A stretch of 64,000 nucleotides of DNA, taken from NCBI GenBank assembly GCA_963833095.1, contig CAWHWQ010000002.1, positions 32,001 to 96,000 of the forward strand, given 5' to 3'. Each line of letters begins with the position of its first letter. The stretch's first letter is position 1. Of this stretch, positions 10,908 to 19,285 are shown piece by piece. This DNA is from Vulcanimicrobiota bacterium (GTDB lineage: Bacteria > Vulcanimicrobiota > Vulcanimicrobiia > Vulcanimicrobiales > Vulcanimicrobiaceae). The translations under genes were made by a program, and so were the position numbers. The notes below the pieces were generated by a model that was given only the letters and a program-made list of their open reading frames with translations, had not been told where the DNA came from and ran no database searches.

Positions 10908-12116
10908 CTGCGGGCAGGTCGACGGAATGCCGTTGATCTCAAAGACGCGAGTTGACGCGTCGTCCACTCGCTGCCGGAAAAGGCGCGCGACGATATCCGG
11001 GCACACTTCGTTGAGCGATTCGTCAGTAGCGCGGATGACATTGCGCACCGCGGTCGCGCGATCGATCGGCAATGTCAACGCGTAGCGATCGGCGCTGCGA
11101 GCGACACCGCGCAACACCGCATTTTCCACCGGTACAGCTACGAGATACAGCACCCCTATGAGCGCGCCTACGACGGCGAAACGTGAGACCGGGTCGTCGT
11201 CGCGGCGAAAACCGATCCGATCGGCGATAGCAACGGCAATCGCCGCGCCGAAGATCAGTAGGAGAGCATCGGTCAGCGCGACTTTCCATTGTGACCCGCT
11301 CGCGATATAGCCAAGCTCGCGCGCAACGACGTATTGCAATTCGCGCGAGCTCGTCACCCCGACGATCACGTCGCCGATCACGATGCGCTGCGAACCGCCC
11401 AGTCCGCTGACGTATGCGGTGCCGACGTGCGACCGGCGCCGCACCAATTCGACGACGGGCACGCTCGAATGCGCGGAACTCTCAATTGCTCGCACGCTCG
11501 CTATGCTCAAAGGGGGCATCGGAACGATGCGTTCAATGAGCCCAGCCCCAAACGGAGCGAGATAGGTCAGGCCGAAGCTCGCAGCGAGTATCGCCGAGAT
11601 CGTGTACAGGTACCATTGATGCGTCCGATCGACTAACCAGAGTACCGCTGCCGTGACCAAACCGATGGCCACCATCCAGAGCAACGTAACCGCCAGCCAA
11701 TCCGCGCCCCACGCGCGCAGCAACTGATCGTTCTGACTCATCGCGCGCTCGACGCGATAGAGATAGAAGGCCGGTAACAGCGCCGAGACACGAATCACAA
11801 GACCGAGGGAGGCACCGAACGCGAAGCGGACGATCGTTTCGTTGCGAAAACGCCGCCGCAGGGCGTCACGCACCGCCGCGGCTCGACCCGAACGCCAATA
11901 GTAGGCGAGCGCGAAAGCCGGGAGCAGCACCGCCAAAAACCAGCCGGGCAAAAACCAATGGACAAAGCGCAGCGCGGCAACTTGGCGATCTGGATCGACC
12001 AGCTGCGCCGCCGACTGCGAGAGAAGCATGTGGCTCGTAAGAGCGTCCACCCGATGATCGATCGCGTTCGGCCGTAGGACGATTGCGCTGAGGACGGCAT
12101 GCGGGGCAAGAGTCAC
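10905..12116 (-). CDS. M48/Ste24-like membrane protein lacking zinc ligands
   Basis: AYVSGLGGSQRIVIGD...ELQYVVARELGY, with ARELGY where AHELGH is expected; multiple TM helices. Confidence 0.75.
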   Translation of the reverse strand: MTLAPHAVLSAIVLRPNAIDHRVDALTSHMLLSQSAAQLVDPDRQVAALRFVHWFLPGWFLAVLLPAFALAYYWRSGRAAAVRDALRRRFRNETIVRFAFGASLGLVIRVSALLPAFYLYRVERAMSQNDQLLRAWGADWLAVTLLWMVAIGLVTAAVLWLVDRTHQWYLYTISAILAASFGLTYLAPFGAGLIERIVPMPPLSIASVRAIESSAHSSVPVVELVRRRSHVGTAYVSGLGGSQRIVIGDVIVGVTSSRELQYVVARELGYIASGSQWKVALTDALLLIFGAAIAVAIADRIGFRRDDDPVSRFAVVGALIGVLYLVAVPVENAVLRGVARSADRYALTLPIDRATAVRNVIRATDESLNEVCPDIVARLFRQRVDDASTRVFEINGIPSTCPQ

Positions 12117-12131
12117 CCCTGCCTGTTCGCC

Positions 12132-13259
12132 TCAAACCACGGAATCGCTTCCTACGCGTCCCTCCCGAAAAACCGCAAAGGTCGCGCCATTGACCGCGAA
12201 CGAGACGCGATCTCGTCCCGCGCGTTTGCTGTGGTACATCGCCGCATCCGCGATTTCGAGCAACTCGTTCGCGTCACGCGCATCATGCGGAAAGCTCGCT
12301 ACGCCGACGCTTGCGGTGATCGTCATCGGTATCCCAAAGTCATAGCGGCGCACAGCTTCGCAGAAGGTCTGCGCGCGCTCGATCGCAACGGTCTTTTGCG
12401 CATCGTGCAGCAGCGCGCAGAACTCATCGCCGCCATTGCGGCCGGCCACGTCGACCTCGGGAACCCCCTGCATGCGCAACAGTTCAGCCATGCCTTGCAG
12501 CACCCCATCACCGGCCGCGTGCCCAAACGTGTCGTTCACGGATTTGAAGCGATCGGTATCGATAAACCATAGCGTCAAGACTGCGGCGGCCCCGAAGCGT
12601 GCGCGCGCGATCTCGCCACGCAAGCGGTTGCGAAAGGCGCGCGGCGTCAGCAATCCGGTCAAGCCGTCGTACGTCGCGTCGGCACGAGCGAGCTCACGCT
12701 CGAGCGCGATAACGTACGGCATTGCCGCGTGCTCGATCGTGCGGACGATGGTCTCCTCACCCATCAGTTCGTCGACGGCGGAGGATGAGGCATAGATGAC
12801 CGCGCGCAACCCGACGGCATCGGTCATGGGCACGGCAAGTGCGCAACGGTCCGTCGGCACGAGCACGCCGTCGGTTCCACTTGCGCGGTGACCAGCAAGC
12901 GCAGCCCGCGACGGCAAATAGTCGGAGGTGTCACGGCGCAGGCGCACGCCGGAATAATGTTCGACGCGTGCGCCGTCGGCATAGACACATTCGAGCTCTT
13001 CGCCGTTCGGCGTGAGCGCTAACACGGCATCGATCGCCGAATCGTGCTGCCGAATCACTTGCGCAAGCGCTTCGATCACCGCGTCGCTCGATCGCCGCGA
13101 GGCATCGAGCAAAATATGCAAGGCACCGAGCACGAATTCTTCTCGCTCGCGAACCACATCCACGTTGGAACGCTGCGCGCGCACCTCGGCATGCGCTTTG
13201 AACGCGACCGATCCGAGGATCGCGCATGTGAGGAAGGCGACGACGATCGCGATGGTCAT
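12132..13259 (-). CDS. Diguanylate cyclase (N-terminal TM, GAF-like middle, GGDEF)
   Basis: DGLTGL, FKSVNDTFGHAAGD, RNGGDEF, ADAAMYHSKRAGRDRV. Confidence 0.9.
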   Translation of the reverse strand: MTIAIVVAFLTCAILGSVAFKAHAEVRAQRSNVDVVREREEFVLGALHILLDASRRSSDAVIEALAQVIRQHDSAIDAVLALTPNGEELECVYADGARVEHYSGVRLRRDTSDYLPSRAALAGHRASGTDGVLVPTDRCALAVPMTDAVGLRAVIYASSSAVDELMGEETIVRTIEHAAMPYVIALERELARADATYDGLTGLLTPRAFRNRLRGEIARARFGAAAVLTLWFIDTDRFKSVNDTFGHAAGDGVLQGMAELLRMQGVPEVDVAGRNGGDEFCALLHDAQKTVAIERAQTFCEAVRRYDFGIPMTITASVGVASFPHDARDANELLEIADAAMYHSKRAGRDRVSFAVNGATFAVFREGRVGSDSVV

Positions 13260-13319
13260 ACGGCTCTATCGGATGAGTGCCCTGCGCCTCTGAGAAGAGG
13301 ACCTCGCACGGCGTCGAAG

Positions 13320-14762
13320 GTGAGGATCGTGCTCGATCCCAAAGATTGGCCTGCCTTTCGCCTCTTCAGCCATGCCGCACTCGACGACGCGCTCGATTAT
13401 CTCGAGACGCTGCGCGAACGTCCGGCTTGGCAAGAGATGCCCGACGAGATCCAGGCACGCCTGAATGAACCCCTGCCCACCGAGCCGACGCCGCTCGATG
13501 ATGTGTACCGCACGTTCGTCGATTCGATCTTGCCGTACGCCAGCGGCAACACGCATCCGCGTTTCTTCGGCTGGGTGCAAGGCGCGGGTACGCCGACCGG
13601 CGTCATCGCCGAATTGCTCGCTGCGACGATGAACCCCAACGTCGGCGGGCGCAACCACGGCGCGGTGTTCGTCGAGCGCGCGGTGCTGCGCTGGTTCTGC
13701 GAGCTCTTCGGCTTGCCCCAGGCCGCGAGCGGCGTGCTGACCGTGGGTGCATCGGCAGCAAACCTCATCGCGGTGCTGGTGGCGCGCACGCGAGCGCTCG
13801 GCCCGCAAGTGCGCGAGCAGGGTGTCACGCGCGAAGGCGGCCGCTTGATCGGCTATGCGTCGTCGGCGACGCATAGCTGCGTACGACGCGCATTTGAAGT
13901 GAGTGGCCTTGGAAGTGGTTCGCTGCGCATCCTCCCGACCGATTCGTTGCATCGCGTCGATCCCGGTGCGCTTGCGCGCGCGGTCGCCGAAGACCGTGCC
14001 GCGGGAAATCGCCCGTTCATGCTGATCGGCAATGCGGGAACCGTCGACGTCGGCGCGATCGATGCGCTCGACGAGCTTGCAACGTTTGCGCAGCGCGAAG
14101 GGCTCTGGTATCACGTCGACGGCGCTCTCGGCGCACCGGCGATGCTGGCGCCCTCCCTTGCCTCGCGCTTTCGCGGCATCGAGGGTGCCGACTCGATCGC
14201 CTTCGACTTTCACAAATGGCTGCAAGTTCCGTACGACGCTGGCGCGCTGCTGGTGCGGGACGGGGAGTTGCATCGCGAGACCTTCGCCTCGACGCCGAGC
14301 TATCTCACGCGCATGCCTCGCGGACTCGCCAGCGCGCAGCCCTGGTTCACGGACTTTACCGTCGATCTCTCGCGCGGCTTTCGCGCGCTCAAGATTTGGT
14401 TCACGATCAAGGAGCACGGAGCGAAGGGCCTCGGTGCGGCGATCGAGGCCAACGTGCGCCAGGCGCGCCTGCTCGGCGACTTGATCGACGCCGACCGCGA
14501 CTTCGAACTGCTCGCGCCGGTGCAGTTAAACATCGTGTGCTTTCGCTTCCGCAGCGCCGACCTCGATGAACACGAACTCGACCGGTTCAACGACGAACTG
14601 GTGATTGCGCTGCAGGAGAGTGGTGAAGCAGTGGCCTCGTCGACGACGGTGGGCACGCATCGCGCCATTCGCATCTGCATCGTCAATCACCGCACAACCG
14701 AAGCAGATCTCGTCCAGACGCTCGACGCGATCAAGCGGATCGCGGTAACGATGAGGGTCTAA
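13320..14762 (+). CDS. Group II PLP-dependent amino-acid decarboxylase
   Basis: HPRFFGWV, WYHVDGALG, DFHKWLQVPYDAG, SRGFRALKIW; start GTG 13320 or 13329. Confidence 0.9.
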   Translation: MRIVLDPKDWPAFRLFSHAALDDALDYLETLRERPAWQEMPDEIQARLNEPLPTEPTPLDDVYRTFVDSILPYASGNTHPRFFGWVQGAGTPTGVIAELLAATMNPNVGGRNHGAVFVERAVLRWFCELFGLPQAASGVLTVGASAANLIAVLVARTRALGPQVREQGVTREGGRLIGYASSATHSCVRRAFEVSGLGSGSLRILPTDSLHRVDPGALARAVAEDRAAGNRPFMLIGNAGTVDVGAIDALDELATFAQREGLWYHVDGALGAPAMLAPSLASRFRGIEGADSIAFDFHKWLQVPYDAGALLVRDGELHRETFASTPSYLTRMPRGLASAQPWFTDFTVDLSRGFRALKIWFTIKEHGAKGLGAAIEANVRQARLLGDLIDADRDFELLAPVQLNIVCFRFRSADLDEHELDRFNDELVIALQESGEAVASSTTVGTHRAIRICIVNHRTTEADLVQTLDAIKRIAVTMRV

Positions 14763-14799
14763 CGTCAGCCGAGGTGACTCTTCGAGCACCGGCACTAAA

Positions 14800-14840
14800 C
14801 CCACGTCGCACGCTGCGTGTGCGATGTCATGGGACTTTTT
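14800..14840 (+). terminator. Probable intrinsic terminator after the decarboxylase
   Basis: CGTCGCACGC/GTGTGCGATG stem, extended by CCCA/TGGG, followed by CTTTTT. Confidence 0.5.
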
Positions 14841-14945
14841 GCTCATAGCAGATTGAGAGGCGGCACCAATTCCGGTGGAGAACCCCAAAAGCAAACCGGC
14901 CGGTTTCTTTGCAACAACCGATATTGCAAGGAGCTACTAAAGGTG

Positions 14946-15737
14946 ATGTTCAAGCACATAACGTGGAAGATCTCTTCCATCGGCGTCGCATGCGCCATCA
15001 TGCTAGAAGCGTGTTCCTCGGGCGCTGCCGTGAACCCGAGTGCGCCAGCCGCCACAAGACCGCAACTTTGTCAATATGCTACAACCGGCACCGGGTGCGG
15101 CGGCGGCGGCGTCAACACAGCATCGATCACTGAACTCGTATCAGCGAACTGGAACTCAGCCACTAATTCCGGTACCGCTACCACGTCGAATTCCACAGGC
15201 CAGTCGCTGGCAACGGTAAACGGGAGCTACGCGGCCTCGTCGGCCTCATATAGCGCCACCGTTGGAAGTCAGACCCTTACCGTTCAGACGCTACGGCCCG
15301 ATCAAATACAGATCGGCGTCGTCAACCAATTGAGCGATGGCACCCTCTACGTCGATCCCACTACAAACATTGTAACAGCGAACGTTACAGGCACGAACGG
15401 CGTTAGCTATACCGTAACCGCGACGCCAAACAGCTCCTCAGCGACTGGCGGATTTATTCTTCAAGTTACCGGAAGCGATGGCACGAGCCTTTCTCAAACG
15501 GTGAGTGCTCCTAGCAGTTCCGCGCCCGACGAAAAGAGGCGCGATAATGGCTGCGCGGTCGCCGGCGACGCGGAAAGATATTTTGGTGGAGTAGCCGGCA
15601 TCGCGGGCGGTGTCGCCGTCATCTCCGTAGCGCTTGGTGCCGAACCCGTGGCTGCTATTGCTGCCGGCGTCTCGGGTATGACAGGCATGATTGCCGGGGT
15701 CGCGATGCTCGGTAGCTTTTTCCTGTGCCCGAGATAA
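14946..15737 (+). CDS. ORFan lipoprotein with Ser/Thr-rich beta region and hydrophobic Cys-flanked C-terminus
   Basis: Lipobox-like MLEA-C; AAGGAG upstream; visibly more A/T-ending codons than the neighbours. Confidence 0.7.
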   Translation: MFKHITWKISSIGVACAIMLEACSSGAAVNPSAPAATRPQLCQYATTGTGCGGGGVNTASITELVSANWNSATNSGTATTSNSTGQSLATVNGSYAASSASYSATVGSQTLTVQTLRPDQIQIGVVNQLSDGTLYVDPTTNIVTANVTGTNGVSYTVTATPNSSSATGGFILQVTGSDGTSLSQTVSAPSSSAPDEKRRDNGCAVAGDAERYFGGVAGIAGGVAVISVALGAEPVAAIAAGVSGMTGMIAGVAMLGSFFLCPR

Positions 15738-15767
15738 TCTGACTTGCTGCAGCGCATAAGTAAATCA

Positions 15768-15941
15768 ATGCCCCCGTGGCTACTCCTTGTAGCAGCGGTT
15801 GGAGCAGCAATTGGGGCATTGACACCGTATCTTCAAACGGTGCCGGTTGAGAAGTGGGAATACGTTACCTCGATCGTAGGCGCGTTCGCGTCGATCATAC
15901 TTCTCGCCGCCTTTGTTTACCGCGTAGTCAAGCGTGAGTGA
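15768..15941 (+). CDS. Small two-TM membrane protein
   Basis: MPPWLLLVAAVGAAIGAL...IVGAFASIILLAAFVYRVVKRE; alternative TTG start at 15744. Confidence 0.55.
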   Translation: MPPWLLLVAAVGAAIGALTPYLQTVPVEKWEYVTSIVGAFASIILLAAFVYRVVKRE

Positions 15942-15951
15942 CTTGTAGGAA

Positions 15952-17295
15952 CTACTTCTTCGGGATTGGTTTGGCCGGATTGCCGGCGACGCGCTCACCG
16001 GGGGCTACGTCTTTCGTAATGACCGAACCCGCGCCGGTGAGCGCGTTGTCGCCGATCGTACGGGGCGCGACGATCGAGGTGTTCGAACCGATTGACACAT
16101 TCTTGCCGATCGTCGTGCGATTCTTGCGCTGGCCATCGAAGTTGCAGGTGATGGTCCCCGCGCCGATGTTCGTGTCCTCACCGATCGTCGAGTCGCCGAG
16201 ATAGGCGAGGTGCGCGGACTTCGCTCCCCTTGCCAGATGCGAGTTCTTGATCTCGACGAAGTTGCCGACGCGATTGTCGCCGTCGAGCTTCGCGTGACCG
16301 CGGATGTGCGCGAATGGCCCGACCTTGGAATCGTCGCCGACGTCACTTGCGACCACCACGCTCTCGCAAATCTCGACATCGTTGCCGATGCGTGAATCCG
16401 AGATGCGCGTGTTGGGTCCAATCGCGCAGTTCTCGCCGATCGTCGAAAGCAGTGAAATACTGGTGTTGGGATAAATGACGGTGTCGCGACCGATGACGAG
16501 TTCGGGCTCGAGATAGGTCGTCGCCGGATCGAGAATCGTCACGCCGTCGCGCATGTGCGCCGCAGCGATTCGGGCATTCATCTCGTGACGCGCCATCGCC
16601 AGCTCGACGCGATCGTTGATGCCGAGCGTCTGCAGATGATCCGTCACCACCACGGGCCGTACGCGCTTGCCTGCGTTCACGAAGTACCCCACCGTGTCGG
16701 TGAGATAATACTCCTGTTGCGCGTTGTCGTTCTTGAGCGCCGCGACCCCTTCGCGCAGTTCGCTCTCATCGAAAGCATAAATCCCGGCGTTCATCTCGTC
16801 GATCGCAAGCTCGTTGGCGTCGGCGTCGCGGGCCTCCACGATACACTGCACCTCGTCATCGCCGCCGCGCACGATGCGCCCGAAGTTCGACGGAAGCGGC
16901 ATCTTCACCGTGACCAGCGACATCACGGCCGGTTTGCCGCCGTCGAGCGCCGCAACGACCCGCGCGAAGATCTCGTCCGTGATCAGCGGCATATCGGCGT
17001 AGGCGATTACCACCCGCGACGCGGCCCGCTGCGGCGTTGCGTCAAGCGCGATCTTGACCGCGTGCCCCGTACCGAGTTGCTCGCTCTGCACCACGCCCTG
17101 CACGCCAAACTCGGCGATGCGCGCTTGCAACTCGTCGTTGGTTACGACCACGATATCGTCGATGCCGGCAGCACGCAGTTCCCGCAGCGTGTACCAGAGC
17201 ATCGGACGCCCGCAGAGTTCGTGCAGCACTTTGGGAATGCGGCTCTTCATGCGGGTGCCTTTTCCCGCGGCCAGGACAATCGCGCGCACGCTCAC
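15952..17295 (-). CDS. glmU: Bifunctional UDP-GlcNAc pyrophosphorylase/acetyltransferase
   Basis: LAAGKGTRMKS, NAQQEYYLTD, GNFVEIK, GAGTITCNFDG, hexapeptide repeats. Confidence 0.95.
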   Translation of the reverse strand: MSVRAIVLAAGKGTRMKSRIPKVLHELCGRPMLWYTLRELRAAGIDDIVVVTNDELQARIAEFGVQGVVQSEQLGTGHAVKIALDATPQRAASRVVIAYADMPLITDEIFARVVAALDGGKPAVMSLVTVKMPLPSNFGRIVRGGDDEVQCIVEARDADANELAIDEMNAGIYAFDESELREGVAALKNDNAQQEYYLTDTVGYFVNAGKRVRPVVVTDHLQTLGINDRVELAMARHEMNARIAAAHMRDGVTILDPATTYLEPELVIGRDTVIYPNTSISLLSTIGENCAIGPNTRISDSRIGNDVEICESVVVASDVGDDSKVGPFAHIRGHAKLDGDNRVGNFVEIKNSHLARGAKSAHLAYLGDSTIGEDTNIGAGTITCNFDGQRKNRTTIGKNVSIGSNTSIVAPRTIGDNALTGAGSVITKDVAPGERVAGNPAKPIPKK

Positions 17296-17296
17296 G

Positions 17297-18751
17297 CTAG
17301 TGCAGCGCCTCCAGAGCATTTTCGAGCCGGCGAATCGACTCTTGTTGCCCCAAGATTTCGACGTCGTCGAAGAGCGGCAGCGCCGTCGGGCTCCCGGTGA
17401 TCGCAATGTAGAACAGGCGGGCGACGTCTTTGAACTTCATATCTAGTGCCACCGCCGCACTCTTGAACTTTTCGCCGATCTCCGCCTGGTTCCAATGCGA
17501 GTTTTCGAGCGTGAGAAGTTCGTCGATGCTGCCGCGCAGTGCCAACCGTGCCTCGTCCTCGGACAGTTTGGGAAGCTCCAGATCGCGTCGCGCGATCTGC
17601 GGCCGGTTAACGAAAAAATCGATCGCCGGCCCGAAGTCGGTCAGCGTCTCGATGCGCGACATAGCAATCGATGCAATGTGCGCGCGCTGGGCCGGCTCGA
17701 TCCCCGGCGGCCACGCGAAACCAAAGTCGGCAAGGAGCTTTAGGAAGCTCGCGACGTCGCGATGGCGGATCCACTGACCGTTGAGCCAGGTCAACTTCGG
17801 GATGTCGAACACCGGGCCACCGAGTGCGATATGCTCCAGGTTGAAATCAGCCGCGATCTTTTCAAGCAGCGATGAGCCGATGAGCTGCGGATCGTCATTG
17901 CGCGAGTCGATCAGAATACCGAGAAAATTCATCAATGCGTCGGCCACATAGCCGCGCTCTCGGTAGTACAGGATACTGGTCGGATTCTTGCGCTTGCTCA
18001 GCTTCGAGCGGTCCGGATTGCGCAGCAGCGGCAAGTGGCACAACTGCGGGGGGTCCCATCCAAAGTACTGGTACAGCAGCAGGTGCTTGGGCGCCGAACT
18101 GATCCACTCTTCGCCGCGAATGACGTGCGTGATCTCCATCAAGTGGTCGTCGACGACGTTGGCCAGATGGTAGGTTGGAAATCCATCTGCCTTCATCAAG
18201 ACCTGCATGTCGACGGTCTTCCAGTCGACGGTGATCGTTCCGCGCAGCACATCCTCGAAGACGCAGGCTCCGGTATCCGGGACTCTGAGCCGAATGACGA
18301 ACGGTTCGCCGGCCGCTTCCCGGCGCGCGACTTCTTCTTGTGTGTAGGTCAAACACAAGCCGTCGTAATGCGGCGGCTGCTTGGCAGCGCGTTGCGCCTC
18401 GCGCATCTCTTCTAAACGCTCGGGTGTGCAAAAGCATTTGAAGGCGTGACCGTGGTCGAGCAGTTCGCGCGCATGGCGCGCATAGATTTCCGAACGCTCG
18501 CTCTGGCGATACGGCCCATGCGGACCGCCAAGATCGGGGCCTTCGCTCCAGGAGAGTCCGAGCCAGTGCAGCGAATCGAGGATCGCCTGCTCGCTCTCGC
18601 GCGTGCTGCGCACCTGGTCGGTATCCTCGATGCGCAGGATGAACTCGCCGCCGTTGTGTTTAGCAAACGCGTAGTTGACCAGCGCGACATACGCCGTGCC
18701 CACATGAGGATCGCCCGTCGGCGACGGCGCGACCCGAGTCCGAACGTTCAT
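17297..18751 (-). CDS. gltX: Glutamate--tRNA ligase
   Basis: APSPTGDPHVG, LRIEDTD, KLSKR. Confidence 0.95.
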   Translation of the reverse strand: MNVRTRVAPSPTGDPHVGTAYVALVNYAFAKHNGGEFILRIEDTDQVRSTRESEQAILDSLHWLGLSWSEGPDLGGPHGPYRQSERSEIYARHARELLDHGHAFKCFCTPERLEEMREAQRAAKQPPHYDGLCLTYTQEEVARREAAGEPFVIRLRVPDTGACVFEDVLRGTITVDWKTVDMQVLMKADGFPTYHLANVVDDHLMEITHVIRGEEWISSAPKHLLLYQYFGWDPPQLCHLPLLRNPDRSKLSKRKNPTSILYYRERGYVADALMNFLGILIDSRNDDPQLIGSSLLEKIAADFNLEHIALGGPVFDIPKLTWLNGQWIRHRDVASFLKLLADFGFAWPPGIEPAQRAHIASIAMSRIETLTDFGPAIDFFVNRPQIARRDLELPKLSEDEARLALRGSIDELLTLENSHWNQAEIGEKFKSAAVALDMKFKDVARLFYIAITGSPTALPLFDDVEILGQQESIRRLENALEALH

Positions 18752-19165
18752 TTAGACGAGTTCGCGGCGTTTGCCACACTCGGCTTGCACAAAATCGACG
18801 ATCTCTTGGAGCGGCGCTCCCGGCGTAAAGATTGCCTTCACCCCGAGTTTGCGCAACTCGTCGGCATCTTCGGGCGGGATCGTACCACCGCCGAAAAAGA
18901 CGACGTCGTCGGCGTCCTGGGCTTTGAGTTGTTCGAGCACGAGCGGAAAGAGCGTCATGTGCGCGCCCGAAAGAATCGAGAGGCCAATGCCGTCGGCGTC
19001 TTCTTGAATCGCGGTCTGCACGATCTGCTCGGGCGTCTGGAAGAGTCCCGTATAGATCACTTCCATGCCGGCATCGCGCAATGCGCGCGCGATCACCTTC
19101 GCTCCGCGGTCGTGCCCGTCGAGGCCCGCCTTAGCGACGATGACGCGTAGTGGTCGGTTCGCCAT
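18752..19165 (-). CDS. Cobalamin-binding small subunit of acyl-CoA mutase
   Basis: [14 protein letters not shown] (DxHxxG), SILSGAH, GGTIP. Confidence 0.92.
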   Translation of the reverse strand: MANRPLRVIVAKAGLDGHDRGAKVIARALRDAGMEVIYTGLFQTPEQIVQTAIQEDADGIGLSILSGAHMTLFPLVLEQLKAQDADDVVFFGGGTIPPEDADELRKLGVKAIFTPGAPLQEIVDFVQAECGKRRELV

Positions 19166-19283
19166 GCTTTCCTTTGTCGTGTGTCTGCTCGCTCAGGCGC
19201 AGCGCCTCCTCGAGCTTGTTTTTGACTTCGGCAAGGGTCCGCTGCACGCGGCGGCGGTCCATCTCGTTATGAATCTTTAGCAT
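19131..19283 (-). CDS. Possible 50-aa helical peptide between the mutase subunits
   Basis: ATG 2 nt after the mutase TAA; amphipathic [20 protein letters not shown]; overlaps the next gene by 35 nt. Confidence 0.3.
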   Translation of the reverse strand: MLKIHNEMDRRRVQRTLAEVKNKLEEALRLSEQTHDKGKHGEPTTTRHRR

Positions 19284-19285
19284 CG

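Noticed and set aside
14860..14930. c-di-GMP-I riboswitch (GCAAACC seen)
   Set aside because: The following GAAA-loop stem and GACGCAAAGC segment are absent.
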